DNA of 50,160 nucleotides, taken from the NCBI GenBank assembly GCA_000708835.1, contig DF237572.1:1-50160 (forward strand). Reading direction: 5' to 3'. A model generated the notes under the pieces. It saw only the letters and a program-made list of their open reading frames with translations. It made no database searches and was not told the DNA's origin. Position 1 is the first letter of the stretch, and every line of letters starts with the position of its first letter. Source of the stretch: Klebsormidium nitens. Lineage: Eukaryota; Plantae; Klebsormidiophyceae. Position numbers and translations under genes: made by a program. Below are positions 11,701 through 26,700 of the stretch, piece by piece.

Positions 11701-14700
11701 TTCAGGTTCTTGATCCGCTGACCCAGGTCGCTGCTCTTCTCGCTCTCCGCCACGCAGGTTAGGAAGAGGTTAATGAACCAGGTTAGGCTGTACTGGTACA
11801 TGGGCTCGATGCTTGCCATGTCGGAAATCGTGAAGAACAGTGACGCCACGTGTTGGGCGACCGGTATGTACCCCCGGCGGGCCTCGTCGATCTTGACCTC
11901 CGTCTTCTCCGCGATTTTCTGTTTCTCAGCGATGTCCACCGACAGCGTTTTGCTGCTGCTGATGACGTCGATTGCGGTCTCGTCTTCCAGGATGTTGCCC
12001 TCGCTGCTGCTCAGCACTTCGATGATCTTGTCCTCAATCTCTTTCAGCTGCCGCTTGTTCTCCGCGGACTGCAACACCAGCTGCGTCTTCTCCTCTTCCA
12101 GGTCGGGTCGTTCTTTGGCGACCGCCATGCCGAGAACTTGGTCCTCCAAACCTTCCGGCGTGATCATGAAGTTGAGCAGGCATACCTTCACGCTGACCTG
12201 CGCGCGGCGGAACGTGCGGTTAGAAATTCGCCCGCCAAGCAGAGTGCATTTGAATACGCATGGTGAACGTGCTCAAGGAACATCTCTTCAGCCAGCGGCT
12301 TTGAAAGTCTCCTCTGCATTGGTCCTTTGATGACCTCATTTAAGTGAACGATGTGACTATCGCTGGTGCTATTTCCGAGCTGAAGCAAGAGTAGATGAAT
12401 AACCACATAACTCCTCGGGCGACAGGGTTTGACAGCGCAGAAATTCTGGAATCTTCTGTTCGTTAAAGATTTTTTTTCTCAAACAAAGGAAAACGACAAC
12501 CAGAAAGGCATAGCACGCTCTTACTTCGGGCAGGTAGTGCGGGTTGCGCAGCTTGGTGGTCATGTAGAAGCGGAAGTTGTGGGAGTACTCGATCGTCGAG
12601 TCGCCCAATCGGATGCAGTCCGCGCCGCCCGACTTGAATATAGCCTTCAGCAGCAGCGGTTCCAGCGTCGGGTCTAGCTCCTCGCCCACGTTCTCAAGAA
12701 GAACCGGGTACCCGAACTGGATGCAGTTCTCCAGCCGCCGCACGAAGTCGCCGTCGCTCAGCTTCATCACCTGCAGTAACAGAAGCTCCACGGGTTCAGC
12801 ATTTAGGAGTTGCGAGCTTCTGAGGTGGTTACCTGCTTTCTCGTGTACATTGAAAGAGTGGGTATTTGAGGCGATTACATGTTTGCCCGCAAAACGGACC
12901 AGCCTAAGGCCAACTTCGTGAATAACCTCCTGAAAAGCTTCTCGGCGAATGCAAAAGCTTGTCCTCTATTTGAAGTTCTAGAGACGCACCGATGCTGCAA
13001 CGTTACAGCTTTTTGCACTTCAGAATCACATTTGGCATCGTTCTGGGTTTACCAGATCTGCCAAAAGATCAGAACAACGAAAGAGATTGATAGCACATAA
13101 TGCCCCCCCACCTCGAGGTTGTTCTTCTTCTCGGTCGCCTTGATCCACTTGTTGGCCTGCCCCTGCGGGTCGATCAGCAGCGGCCACCGCCGCGCGACGC
13201 TCATGATAATCCCGTTGTCGATACTAAACCCGTCGTTAGGCAGCCCGTTGATGATCCAGTCCCGTATCCTAACCGGGTCTCCCAGCGTGTTGACCAGCTT
13301 GAAGTGGTCGCTGCACGGAATGCTCTTAGACCGGCACGCCTTGGCCCATTCCTCCAGCATCTGATCGCGGTACGTGACCGTGAACGGCCCCAAATATGCC
13401 ACGTAGCCGCTCGACAGCAGCACGTCCCCGGTGAGGTTTGTGTAGTCCTTCCGCAGCTCCTCGGCGACCGCGGTCCAACGGATCTTCTCCCCGCCCAGGC
13501 CGCCGATGAGCTTCTCCGCGCGCGACAGTTTCTGGACAAGGCGTGAGAACACGTGTTTGCAAAACAGGCGGTTCTTTCGTCCATTCAACGGCGAGCTAAG
13601 AGGGTCGTCATGCAACAGCTTCCTGCTCACGGGGCCAGCACTCTGAGTGGAAGACAACTGAACCGAATGCGAGAGAAATTAAAGCGCCGGTACTTGTGCA
13701 GAGGGCACACGAAGTTCTAGGAACCTTGTCAAGGTGCACATTCTTCCAAGAAGGTCGTGCCTTAGTCTAGCTTTTGTGGCACTCTGGGAAAACATCTTGA
13801 GCCGAAAGCTACCGATATCCTAGCAGATTATTCCCTCTGGACATCCGAACAAACCTTAAAGACTCAATTGAGTTCCATCTCAAGTTTCCGGGATCGCACG
13901 ACTGAGCAAGGCATCTTTTCATTGTCCCTGGACCAGCTCCTCCGGCGCTCACCTTGGAGCAGAGGTCGACGTCCTTCTCTAGTTGCAGCTTCTTGGCCTC
14001 CATCTCCTGCAGCTGCGCGTTCAGCGCCGCCAACTTGTCCTCCACCTCTTTCAGCTGCGCCTTCTTCACCTTGAGCGCCGCCATCAGCGCCTCGAACTCG
14101 GCCGTGGATTGCGCCAGCTTCGCTTTCTTAGGGGCGACCACCTGGAGGGGAGAAGACGCGGGTCAGCGGCCGCATGACCAAGAGCGTGGTTTCTCCAGGC
14201 CACGAAGCAAAGAATCTTAAAAGGCTAGTCTCAAGTGGCCACTGCAGTTTGGTGCTTCTTCAAGAGTCCACACAAATCTCGCCTCGAGGGAAATTTGAAC
14301 GATCGTTCAATCAACTCTTTCAAAGAGCTCAGCGAGCCCGACTGCATTAGACTTCAACCAAAATAGCAGACTCAGCAGACTCTGAGGGTCTCAAGGCAAC
14401 TCGGTCCGGATGTTGGTCCCCATAGTGGATAAAGAATTGGTCGAATTGTTCATGAAAGTTGATTACCTTTGCGACCCGGTCGTATGACTCCATGGCTTTG
14501 ATCCAGGCGGCGAGGCCGTAGGCTGCGTTGGACGCCTTTTTGATGGACACCAGGTCAAACTCGGGCATGGCAAGGTACGGCCGGATGCGCTCAATGACCT
14601 CCGCGGGGATGTTGTCCTTGTCGTACGCCTGCAAGCAAAAACAGTTGGGGGGGTCAGTGCGCTTCGGGAGGCAGAAAGAGGGGAAGTTTGATCTGCAATC

Positions 14701-17700
14701 TCGAATTTTATGCCAGATGACTGCTGGCAAATACCTTTGAAAAAGATCCGAACTGCTTGCGGCAGCCGTTTTAAAGTACAAAAAGCATCACAAGGATGAA
14801 AGGGCTTTTAAAATATGTTAGACAACACTCGTTTTGTGTTGTTGTACATGTTCTGAGGAGCTATTCATATCCATGAACGTTAGGAGACATCCCGAGGTCT
14901 TGAAGCAGACGAGGCCCTCTTCTGCCATCTGAGGCACAACCTATTCCTGGTAGCCTCCAAATGCTTCTCACGAAGTACCAGATTTGCTGACCTTGAGGCT
15001 GGGCAGGAATGCGGTGTCGGCGAGCATTTGCTGCGCGGGCGACCAGTAGTCGTCGATGCGCTTGGTGGGCTCCTTGGGGTCCGGGATGCGCTTCGGCTTC
15101 ACGCCCTTCATGATGCAGCACGCCTCCATCACCAGCTTCACCACCGCGGGGGGGTTCTTCATCGCCTTCACCTGCACGCGCGAGCAACCCCCCAAGGCTC
15201 GTCAACCGGTCCTAACCCCAACGAGAGTTAAACAGAAAGGAAACGGAACCTTTGCGGCCACGGTTTTGCCTATCCTATTGTAGATACGAGAAACGATTAA
15301 AAGAAAACTCGCTTGAGAACATGTTTTCAAGCAAGTTAAAAATGGTGATCTGAAACCTTTGAAGCAATGGCGAGGGATCGTTCTACAGTACTTTTCAAAA
15401 AAGCTCGAATAGTGAGAGTTATGTTTCGCTTCCTGCAATAGGTTTGCATTCCCCTGGGAATTCTTGTGTTTTTCCTGGACATGACGGGGGGATCCCCTGG
15501 GCGGCGGCTGACCTCAGTGACGTCCCCCTTGGTGAGCGTGTCCAGCGCGGACAGCGCGCTCTCCAGGAGCGGCATGGCGACCGCCAGCTCCTGCTCGCAG
15601 TCGTCCTTGATCGCCTTCGCCTCGCTCGCCTTTCCGTTCGCGATCCGCTCCTCCTCCTCCACGACGGAACGCGTCGCTTCCGCGTCCTTGGTCTCCCGCG
15701 CGATGACCACCAGGAGCTCGTCCGTCTCTTTGGCAGTCTGGATCAGCACGGGCTGAAGCGCTTCCAGCTCTTGCTTCATCACGCTCACCTGGCCCTCCGC
15801 GCCCAGCAGCTTCTCCAGCCCCACCTGCGCGCGCGCGGCCGCGAGGTTTTTGGGTTAGGCTTTTGACTGGTTTTCCAAGCGGCTGGTCGCGACTGATGCA
15901 TCATTCTCTTGACACACAGATTATGCGCGAGATTCTCCGAGACTTTAAAGCCGAGAGTTTCTCGGTGCTTGCACCATTCGTCCTCATATAAGTTATTTGC
16001 AGCTTTAAGGAGGGCACTTCCATAATTCATTCAGTCTAAAGATTTGAAACTGGTAGAATGATCAAAATAGCAACCATTGCTCGCATATACTGCGACACTG
16101 CCCGAAACGTGCCCAGCTTCGAATTGTGATGCAAAGGTAAAAAATGGACGGCGCACCTCGTATCGGCGCAGCTTGGTCTGCACCTCCTGCCGCTTGCTCG
16201 CGAGCAGCGTCTGGTACGTCGTGATCAGCTCCAGGTATGACGTCGGCGTGACGTACACGTTGCGCTGGAGCTCGCGCTGGAAGCGCGCGGCCAGGCTGCG
16301 CACGTTCTGGTGGAACAGCATGCACATGTCCACCACGGCGCCACGTGTCTCGGGGCGGTCCATCTCGACCGTCGATAGGAACTTGGAAGCGACGGACTGC
16401 AGCGCGGACTCGGGCCACTCGCTGAACCAGTCAATGGTGCAGCAGTTGACCAGCGACGGGAACCTGTGAAGGAACGGAAACAGAGCCGTAAGAAACGGAA
16501 CGGAATGATGTTAGGGAGGCAGCAGTAAAGAAGTACGACACCGAATAATCCAAAAGAGAAATGAGGGGCGAAAACGGTAGGACACAACGCTCAAATAAAC
16601 GCAAGTTCCAATCCTCTCAGTCGATCTCGTATTTCAGGTATCTCTTGCGGACCATGAGCCAGAACCGTTAAGATATAATAAATACATGTAAACCTCTCGA
16701 TTGAGCTGCAGATTACTGCAACGCTTTCTTTTCAGCCGCCAGATACAGGCAGAATTGCATTGGCGCGACGTATTCTTCGGGTAGCAATAAAGCACCACTT
16801 CTGCTCCACGTCATCAAAGTTTGGAAATTGGGCGCGCGCGCTCACATGCGCAGGCGCGTGCGGAAGGCGTCCCCGACGGGGCTCATGCAGATGACCATGT
16901 GCAGGTTCTGGCGGCACGCGTCCACGAAGAACCGGTACAGCTCGCCCGCGCTGCCGTCGCGGCCGGCTTTCTTCGCGCGCGAGCGCACCATCTCTTGCAT
17001 GTTGATCAGCTCGTCCTTCGCAAACAGGTTGGGCACTTCTCCCGTGTTCAGAATGTTGTTGATGTCTTCCAAGAAGGCTTCTTCTTTGAGCTGCGTGTCG
17101 CTGAAAACGAAGACGGTGGACTGGTTGTCGCCCCCCGCGCGCTTGAGCACGGCTTTCAGGTCCTCGTGCCACTCGGTCATGCCGTAGCTCTTGCTGATCT
17201 CCACCTGAGGACAGAAGATGGGGCTTGGTGAGGGGGACCTACCGTAAATCAGAAGTTGGAGAAACTAACGGACAGCAGTAATTGGTGAAGATGAAAGCTC
17301 TGATAGTGATACCAGAAATTCTGTGCGTTTCTTATGATCGGGGTAACATTGCCCCAAGATCTCGTAATAGCCTTCTGATGACCCTGAAATCTACTCTGTC
17401 CGGATCTGATGAAGTACGGCGTAAGCAATCCGTGAAACGCAAGATGAAGAACAGAAACAATCAAAGTACGCAGAGTTGAAGACGGCTGAGATCAACAGCG
17501 AGGTGTGTACTCTCAGAAGGCGCTGCAAAGGAAACTTGTCAACAATCAAAACCCTGTCTCAGAATACGACCACTGAAACAACACATTGGCAAACGCTCTC
17601 CTCGGAGATGTCCCGCGCGCGCACCTGATAGAGGTTGCAGCCCGCCATGGCGGCCGCGAGCTTGGTGAGCGACTGGCGGCCGCTGCCGCCGACGCCGACG

Positions 17701-20700
17701 AGGAGCGCGTTGCCGAAGGGCTGCCGGATGACGCGGCTGATGCGGCACACGTGCTGCGCCGCGTACTGGAACAGCACCAGCGGCATCGGCGTCTTGCTCT
17801 GCGTGTTGTAGTCCGTTAAATACTCCTCCATTACCGCGAGCAGCCGCGCGCCGTCCTGCACCTCCGTGTACCTGCGCAGATATTAAAATGTCATTAGCTC
17901 GGGGTAGAGTGGTGCTTCAACATGGGCTTCTGACAACCATACATCAAATGGGACCATTGATACTTTACCGCAAACGAGGTCGAAAGGAAAAAAGGGCTTT
18001 ACGGTGGGCATTGCAGTGCGCTAACGAAAAGCGAAGCTTTCTTGAGGTGGAAGAACTCTCTTGAATGTTGGAAGCATTGCTTGATAGCAGAAAGAACTTT
18101 CGGCGGCCTCGGACGCGTTGGAAACGCGGCAGGTTTGTGTGCCTAAGCAAGCTCTTATAACTCGGAGCCGCTCCAGCACCTGGAGATAGACGGGAATACT
18201 GAAGAATAGCTTTCCAGTATCTCGAGAGGAACAGATAGCTGGCAAATCGTTCCACGCCAAAAAGACAATCTTCTCGCTACAAGGCAATCCTACGGAGAAA
18301 ATTTAAACGCAGAACTGGCCCACCTCTTCGGGTCCGCGTTCGGGTCCATAAAGTCGCCGAACGTGAGCTGCCGCACCGCGTCGTCAACTCCCAACCCCGC
18401 CCCCTCCGGCCCCACAAACACCTGCTCGCACCGCTGGTTCAGCCGCTGCTCCACCTGCCCCTTCATGTACTTGATAAACCACTCCCGGTCCTCGGTAGAC
18501 ACCAACCGGTCGTGGAACACGCGCAAGCACTCGTGGGCCCACAGCCGGGCCAGGCTCTTCCGGTCGTCCAGACCGGAATCGACCATGGCCATGCCCTGGA
18601 AGACTTTGGAGAGGTCGCGCATGTTGTACGTGTAGTGGCTCTTGGCGGGCGTGGGTAGCAGCTCGCGCTGGTTGGCCTGGTAGATGTCGATCGTGGCGTC
18701 CACGATGGCGGGGCCCAGGCTGGCCAGGTCGCCGGAAAGGCGCGCCCGGCGGACCCACCTGCGAGTGGAAGGGCCCGGGTTTACTTTCTAACTCAAGCAA
18801 TCTGCAAAGCGCATGCTTCAATAGTACAGACGATTAACAGAACGAACGACAAAGGGTGAGAGACATTGGTGAAGGGGCTTTGCTTGGAATGCAGAAGGTC
18901 AGATCTAGCGCTGCGTCCTTGGATTCACGAAATACTCGTACAACTTGTTTTCCAGGTCGCAAGCAGAAAGGTACTTTCGGACGGTACGTAAACTCTCACA
19001 GTTTATTTACCAGGGGAAAATTCGTCCAACGAAGCAAACTCTCTGCTTAATGGGTGGTGGGTTTGTGAAAGTACGTCAGCGAAGGCTGTAAACTGTCAGC
19101 CAGACACCCACCAGTCGAAGATGGTTTTGAAGATGGAGGAGAGGCTCCCCGCGTCGAAGTCGGTGATGGACACCATGTGGAAGTGCCGCAGGTACCGGGC
19201 GGTCACCGGGTTGCGCCCGCCCCCCGGGGGGCCCATCGCAGCCACAAACTGAATGTCCGCCAGCTGCTTGAACGAGTTGTCCTCCCGGTCATACCAACCG
19301 CCTGCCAGAGGGGCAAGCGATCTTAGTATTATAATGTTGTTAGACTGATTAGTAAAAGGGCCTTTCTTGAACGGGTTTTCCTCCCGGTCGTACCAACCGC
19401 CTGCCAAGGAGGAGCAACGGAATAAGCGAGTCACTTTGGATCGCCTCGAGCCGAATCCTGGCGGCGGCAAATGTTTCATTGAGAGCGTTTTGAAGCTTAC
19501 TGCGAGTATTGGACCACCATCCGTTTACGGCACATGTTCAAGCAGCCTGCTACGCTTTTCAGAAAGAAAGCCAGGAAGTGCAGAACTGATCATGAAGGTC
19601 TGCAGATAAAGCAGTCCCCAGGAGAAACCACGTAGGGTCCGACTGTTCTGGACAGCTACCTCAACTCACCAGGAAGAGGCACGGGTGGCCTCACGCATCG
19701 ATGCAAGCTCCTGGATTTTTTGATCCTCGACAGTCATCTTTGAAAAGCAGTCCAGGAATTATCCAGGTACTCAACAACGACCAGATTTATACTTTATCCG
19801 TTTTGCCGTGTCCCCTCACCGTGGTCCATCCACTGGCGCAGCAGCTCGATGGGCGGCTGGCTGCCGTACTTGTCGAGCGCCGGCATGTTGAGATCGTCCA
19901 CAAAGATGACACACTTCATCCCGAATGGCGGCCCATACACGCCCTTTCTCCGCTTATCCAACTTGGAATCGATGATGTCCTGCGTCTGGTTGGCGTTGGT
20001 CTGCGCGCTGAATGTCGACATGATGTTCTGGTACACGTTCTTGTCGAGGCCTGACGTCAGCATGTGCTTGACGTAGACGGTTTTGCCGGTCCCGGTGTTG
20101 CCGGCGAACAACACGTGGCGGCCGTGCGTGACGAGCAGCTCCAGCAGGTACGAGTAGCGCGCGGTGTCAATCGTGGGCACGATGATCTGCCGGGGAGAAG
20201 ACGACACCATGAATCAGCTGTGGCTCCCACTCAAGTGTCCTGTTAGTGTAGAAAGGCATACTTTGAAAGGAAAGACTTATCTTGTCGAAGGTCACAATAG
20301 ACCAAAGCTCTCTGGAGCACAAGATGCTGAATGCTCGGGTTCTGAGAAGCATGCGGAAGGTACTCTCACAACTTTAGAGACACGCGGGCGTGCCACAAAG
20401 ACCCACAGCCGAAATACAACGGCATGAATTCAGACCACTAAGGTTACTCAAGATCTTCTAAAGCTCTGAAAAAACCCCAAAGAGCTTCATTCTCAGAATT
20501 CATTAACTTGTTCTTCAGGGGACATCCCCTACCTCATGGAAGGCAGAGTCCACGGAGGGCGGCGTCAAGTCGATGGTCTTGAGCCAGGCCCGCCACGCGC
20601 CTTCCCTCTTGTCAAACACGTAATCATACACGAGGCCTTCCTCCGGGAACGGCACCGCCAACTTGAACGCCGGCTTCTTGATCTCCAGCCCCGGACCGAG

Positions 20701-23700
20701 ATCCACACCTAGTTCGTCGTTCTGCGCGAGCAACCGGCGCACGAATTTGTCGAACTTCTGCCGGCCTTCCACGTCCGTCGTACCGCCTACCGACCACACT
20801 AGCGAAAACACAAACAGGCTGTGAAGCCAAGAGTCGAGGTCCTTTCCCTGCGGGGCCGGAAGGGCCTTGTTTCCCCCGTGGTCGCCCCCCCCCTTTGTTT
20901 TCTCCCCGGGTTTTCCGCCCTTTTCCGGGTTTTCCGCCTGCCGGAACTCGTCCAATAAGCTATCGAACATGTGCATCAGGCTCTGCGGGAGGTTGATGTC
21001 CGACGTCGGGGTCAGCTCGCGGCACTCCTTCCGGATAAACCGGAGGCAGGGGTCCACCAGCCACTCGAAGAGCGCCTCTAGGGTTCCCATCGCGGCTTCG
21101 TTGTTGGCCAGGCACACGCCGGCCGCCCACGACTGTTTGAGCGGCCGCCAGCCGATCTGACTGGGCTCCACGTAAACCATGCCGCAACGGCTGACGGTAG
21201 CGGGGGAGGCTTGCGCTAGGTCTGCCACTTCAAAGATCATGTTCATGGATGACGTCATCTGGACGATCTCGCCGCTCATGAGGCACAGCTTCTTGTTGTC
21301 GTCCAGCACCGTGTTCATGTTCTCGATCCACACCTGCGGAAGAGGGGGCAGGTCGGTCAAGGACTACACGCGACAGGCAGAAGCATTCGTAGTATCTCTG
21401 GATGCGCTGGGTATTGCAATCAAGTAATTCCTGAGACGGAACTGTTGCAGAACATCAGAATGAAACCCGCTAAGAAGAGATGAAATCAAAACGCGTGGCT
21501 TCAGTTCCCTCGCCGCAGAACTCCGAAAACCGAAACACGGACCCGCTATTAAGACCTCGAAAATCATCTAAAGATTTTGAGATGCAAAGTAAACGCGTGG
21601 CTCGAACAATAAGGATAAAGTTTGATAGCTTTAAGGATCTAAGAGCTATAAGACACGCCCCGAAAACGGGTGGGTTTGGTATGGTGGTTAGGGTGGGTTC
21701 GGGTGCGGAGCGCGTCCTCTCTGTTGATTAGGGTTTTTAGTTAGATTTACTGCCCCCGTTACTTTCTTCTAGGTATTAGACCCTTATTAGTAATTGATGG
21801 CAAATCGAAAACATCTTTGCCGCGAGACCCCGGGGGATCCCCCCGGACGCCTCACCGCGTCGACCGGCCCGTCGAAGAGGATCCACTTGCGGTCGGGGCT
21901 GGTGTCGACGGCGGCGGTTCGGAAGGTCTTGGCCAGCACGCCGTCCTTCCACTCGTGGCTGATCGCGTCGAACTGGCCGTACAGCTGCCCGATGTACACC
22001 GACTTGGGGTTGATGACGTGGCAGCGCGTGCGGTTCTCCATGTCGCCCGACTCGTGCATGTCCGTCAGCGCGCCCGCCAGCACGCGGTACGCGCTCGTCT
22101 TGGCGCCGTAAGACAGGCCCACCTGCAAACATACCGATGGAGTAAATTTTCCATTTTAAAGCCTGCCCACGATCGGTTTGGTGGGTTATGAAAAGAAGAA
22201 ATGGCTTCGTATAGTTGCTGCATTGGTTAGCGCTCGTCCTTCTAATCAGAACAACAGAAGCAGCAAAGACAAGGTAACTGATTTGAACAGCCTGCACAGA
22301 TTGTCTTGTTCCTGAAAACCTCTGGTTATCTGACAGATTTGCGCTTCAGTGACGAAGGTTTAATCTCGTAAGCGTGGCACCGCTTGAAAAACTTAAGCAC
22401 TGCTCAAGCCAAAGCGATCGCGACAAACACAGAAGGCTCCACGAACAAATGTTCTGGCGCGCTCGGAGTTGCAAACCGGCAACAAATTCCAAAACTTCCT
22501 CACCAGCATAAGTCCGTGGCGCACGAGGATCATCTCGTAGAGCTGGAAGATCTTCTCCAGGAACACCGGCGTCGGCTGCAGCTTTAGCTTGTGGCAGTTG
22601 GCGATGCACGCCTCGCGCAGCCGGTTGTAGTCGGGGGTGGGGAGGACCACCCCGGGGAACAAGTCGGACAGAATACCCTCAAACAGCGGGATGTCCTGGG
22701 CCAGGAACTTGGGCAGGTTCACGTCCTGCAAAAAAAGGGGGTGAGTCGCTGCTTGAGAAGGCTTTGCCTTTGCGAATCCGAGCGTAATCTCGTTATGCAC
22801 TTGGAACTGCTTTACACGTCCAGAATGAATACGAGGGCAATCTGACTCAAGCTTACATTTTTTGCTTAAAAAACAGAAAATATGTTCACTTCTTGATATT
22901 GATTGTAGAGCGAGTACGTGACTGCCTGACAAAGTGACAGAAAATGTTTCCTGAAGACGTGCAGCAAAAGCTCCCCACTCGGAATCATGCAAGATTTTCT
23001 CAAGTAGTTGCGGCTGACCTTGAGCGACTTGAGCATGAGGATGCCCTCCTTCTCGTCGGGGAACTTCTGCTTCACGGCGCCCGCCGCCCGCAGCACGCTG
23101 ATCACAGCGCGCATACCTGGCACACAGAAATTCGAGCATTGGAGACGGCAACCGTGAACCTGCCAATTTTGGCTTGAGCTTTTTACAAAGAGAGGGGAAA
23201 ATAATCATGAAACAAGGGTCATGCAAGGGCTTTAGGAAGGGACACTTCGAGGGTCGTTATGTATGAACAAGAAAGGCCTGCACGCAAACTCACGTATTGA
23301 GTGCCAAAACAATTATGGAAGTGTGACGACTCCCACGAGGTTGCCTTTACACTCCATCTAAAATGGGTCAATCTACGCCTGACTGGTCTCGTAATGCAGG
23401 CTCACCGTAGTCGTAGTGGTTCTGGCTGGACAGCTGTTCGCTGCACAGCTTGTACGTGGCCACCAGCTTGCGCGCAAGGTCACGGGCCTCCAGATAGCCA
23501 AACGAGTACAGCGTGATCTCCGAAATTAGCGCGTAGTCGGGGACCATCATGGCCACCGTCCGGAATAGCGCCTGACATAAACGAATGGACGTCCGAGCCG
23601 TCAGAATTGAGCGTGAGCCCTCGGCACAGCCTTACAGCTGAAAGCTGAGTTGCGGTGAACAGCCCTGCCCTGAGCATAACGATCTTCGAGCCCAAATATG

Positions 23701-26700
23701 CGGCAATCAATGCAAAACCCGCAAGATCAAATCCCAAGTAGAAGATAAAAACGGAACGTAGAAGATGGTCATTCCCCCTACTTAAACGATCGGATTAGGC
23801 GCATTCATATTGCATGTTCCGGGCTCTTTGCCAACGAAACTAAGATTCGGACGGCGTACCTTAAGGTTGTCCGGCAGCTCGGACCGTCCGGCGTAGCCCG
23901 GGTTCATGGTGATGAACACGCTGCACGTGTCACGCAGGGAGAGCTTGGTGCCCTCAAACTCGAACGTCTTGAGGTGCGCCGCCTTGGCGCGCTGGATCGT
24001 CAGGATTTGCTGCGCGATCACACTCAGCACCTGCAGAAACAAGCCGCCATGATCAGGGCTGCGGCTTAGGGCGCCAGGTTTTTGTAATCCTTCCATTCGG
24101 TCAATTGCTCAAAGCTTGGTGCTAGCATCCATCTCTGAATGCTTCTAATGGTAAAACCCCGAGAAGGTTGCCAAACACTTCGTTTACCGCATTTCTGCCG
24201 AAAGTATTTGTTTTTGACATATTCTTAGCACTTATAATGGTTCAAGGTGTTACCATCCTGTCCTATGGAAATCCCTACTTTCTGTTTCTTTTCTGGGCGT
24301 TGCTTGCTTTGATTGATTTCTGTCCTCCAAAATCCTCAGAATTCAGTCTGTCAAGCAAGAAGTGTTGCGCCATACCCCCCTCAAACTCTGATTCTCGTCG
24401 ACATAGAAAGCTGCCCCACCTCGAGGTCGATCCGGTTGAACTCGTCGAAGCAGGCCCAGGCGCCGCTACTGGCGAGTCCCTTGAAGAACTTGCCCATGGC
24501 CAGGTAATCCAGCCCGTCACTACAATTGAACACCACGCACTGCATAGCAATCGCCTTGGCCAGATCCTTGGTCGTCTCCGTTTTTCCGGTTCCGGCGGGG
24601 CCCTCCGGCGCTCCGCCCAGGTTCAGGTGAAGGGCGCCCATCAGGGTGCGGTAGCACCTGGACCAGAAGGAGAAAACTCTAATTTGAAAACTGGGAAGCA
24701 TCGAGGAATAACGATCATTGAAGCGTGGATTCAGATACAGACCCTTGTTGACACAAAAGGCAACACTGGAAGCATTCTATTTGTGCCAGACCGGAAACTT
24801 CCTCATTACTCTTGGAAAAGGTGGGGAAGAGGAGGCGCAAATCACCATACTCAAAGGCCACCGTTTCTAGGGAACAGGAGAGCGTCTTCCCTCTTGAAGC
24901 TTCACTGCTGGTTCGAATCCTGATTTTGTTGCAAGGCTAAGTGTAAGAAACTAGCCCAGTCACCCAGCCTTGAGCGCACTCACCTGTCAGTAAGCGGTGT
25001 GATGACGAGGCGGCTGCTGTTGCCCAGGTACTCGAACGCATACGCAAGCGCCGCATTGATCATGCGGACCATGATTGCGCCATCTTCGTATCCGTACCGC
25101 AGCTGGCTCATCCACTCAAAGTCGGACTCGTCGGACACGCCCGCGTCCGCCAGGTTGCGGACGACGTCGCGCGCGTGCACGTCGATCACCACCAGCGCGC
25201 CGACGGTCTGGCGGTCCACCTTGCTCAGCTTGCCGCGCACTTTCTTTACCACCTGGGAAGCAGAGACATGAAGAACTTGAGGTCAAGTGTGTGGAGTTGA
25301 TACCAGCTTTGTGAGCTCTGCTAGTCGCAGCTGAAAGGTGGGTCGAGGATACTCGTTTCGTGTTATGGCAGGACTGTCCTCGACGTCGATAGGGATTCTC
25401 TAAGAACGGGGGTTTGTAGTGCCAGTCAGAACCTTCCAGCATTCATCCAAAGGGTTATTGGCGTGGAAACAAGAAAAGCAATGGCCGATTTTGGCCGCTT
25501 CCGAAAGCAATGCCAGGAAGTCTGCCCTCAACATTGAGAGTGAGCGCCATCTCAGATGAATGCAGATAGGACGTTTCCGAACAACCCATTCATAGAAGCA
25601 AACTGCTTACCTCTTGCAGCTGGGCGGTGCACTGGTCCTCGTACTCGCGCACGGTGTGGGCGCGGATGGCGGCCGCGACCTCCGCTGTCCAGTACATCTG
25701 CGAGCCGCAGATGACGACCTGGCCCGGCCACTGGAAGATCCACTGCGACCGCTCCGTTACGGCGTACGCGTCGAACGCGCGGCGCGTGACCGCGCGCAGG
25801 CTCTCGCGCATCACCGCCTCCACCTCGATCAGCCACTTCTCCACCTGCGCGCGCGAGAGAGAGGGAAATAATGATTGCCTGAATTATGCTCACGGTTACT
25901 AGCTTCGAATGGATCAGCTATTGCTTGAAAAGGCCGTTACAGACAAGTGTGGGCAATGAGAAATTGTCAAGGGAAGAGAGAAAAAAGGAAGAAAGAAAGA
26001 AGGCGCCATGTTATCTGCATGGAGATTTATCCGACCACTGCTAGCAGACTCGTCGAGCGACCTCTTGCTTTCGATCAAGCTTATATTCGCTCGTAAATTC
26101 CTCAAGGGAAAAGATACAGTGAAGCATTCCTGATCTTCGCAGCAATACACTTCTCGTCTACCACTTCATTTTTCAAATTCTAGGATTTACAACTCCTAAC
26201 GCCAGACCGGCAACGTGCTCAAGTCTCACTAGTCACAGTGACATCACAGCCCGGTACGTACCTGCCCCCCAGCGCTCTTGGGGTTGAACGTCCGCACGAA
26301 TTCGACCTTCTCGCCGCCGTCGGAGAGCATTGCGGTGACGTCCATGTTCTCCTGGAACTCCAGACCGTTGATGCCCTCGAAGATCTTTTTGAGGAACGGC
26401 TGCACGCGCAGCGGGTCCTTGGTCTCGCTCAGAATCTCCAGCAGCTCGTCGTTGGACAAGAAGTAGAACCTGCGGGAGGATACTGGGTATTGAGTGCAGA
26501 TCGGTTTGAAGCACGTGACGTTGCTCCTTCGTTTGGGCTACGCAAAGCTTATGTTGGGTTTTCGCAGAGTGAGTGAGCGAAAACGCTAATGGCCAACTTC
26601 TTACGCTAAGTTACAGTAGTCAGAGTTGAGATGCAGGCACGCAATCATCTGTGTGATGCTTAGCCTTTTGATGACTCCGATAAGGCAGTAGTGATCCTCC

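Noticed and set aside
24910-24920. GGTTCGAATCC, a perfect tRNA B-box/T-loop
   Set aside because: I could build no A-box, acceptor stem or cloverleaf around it. It is an isolated intronic match.
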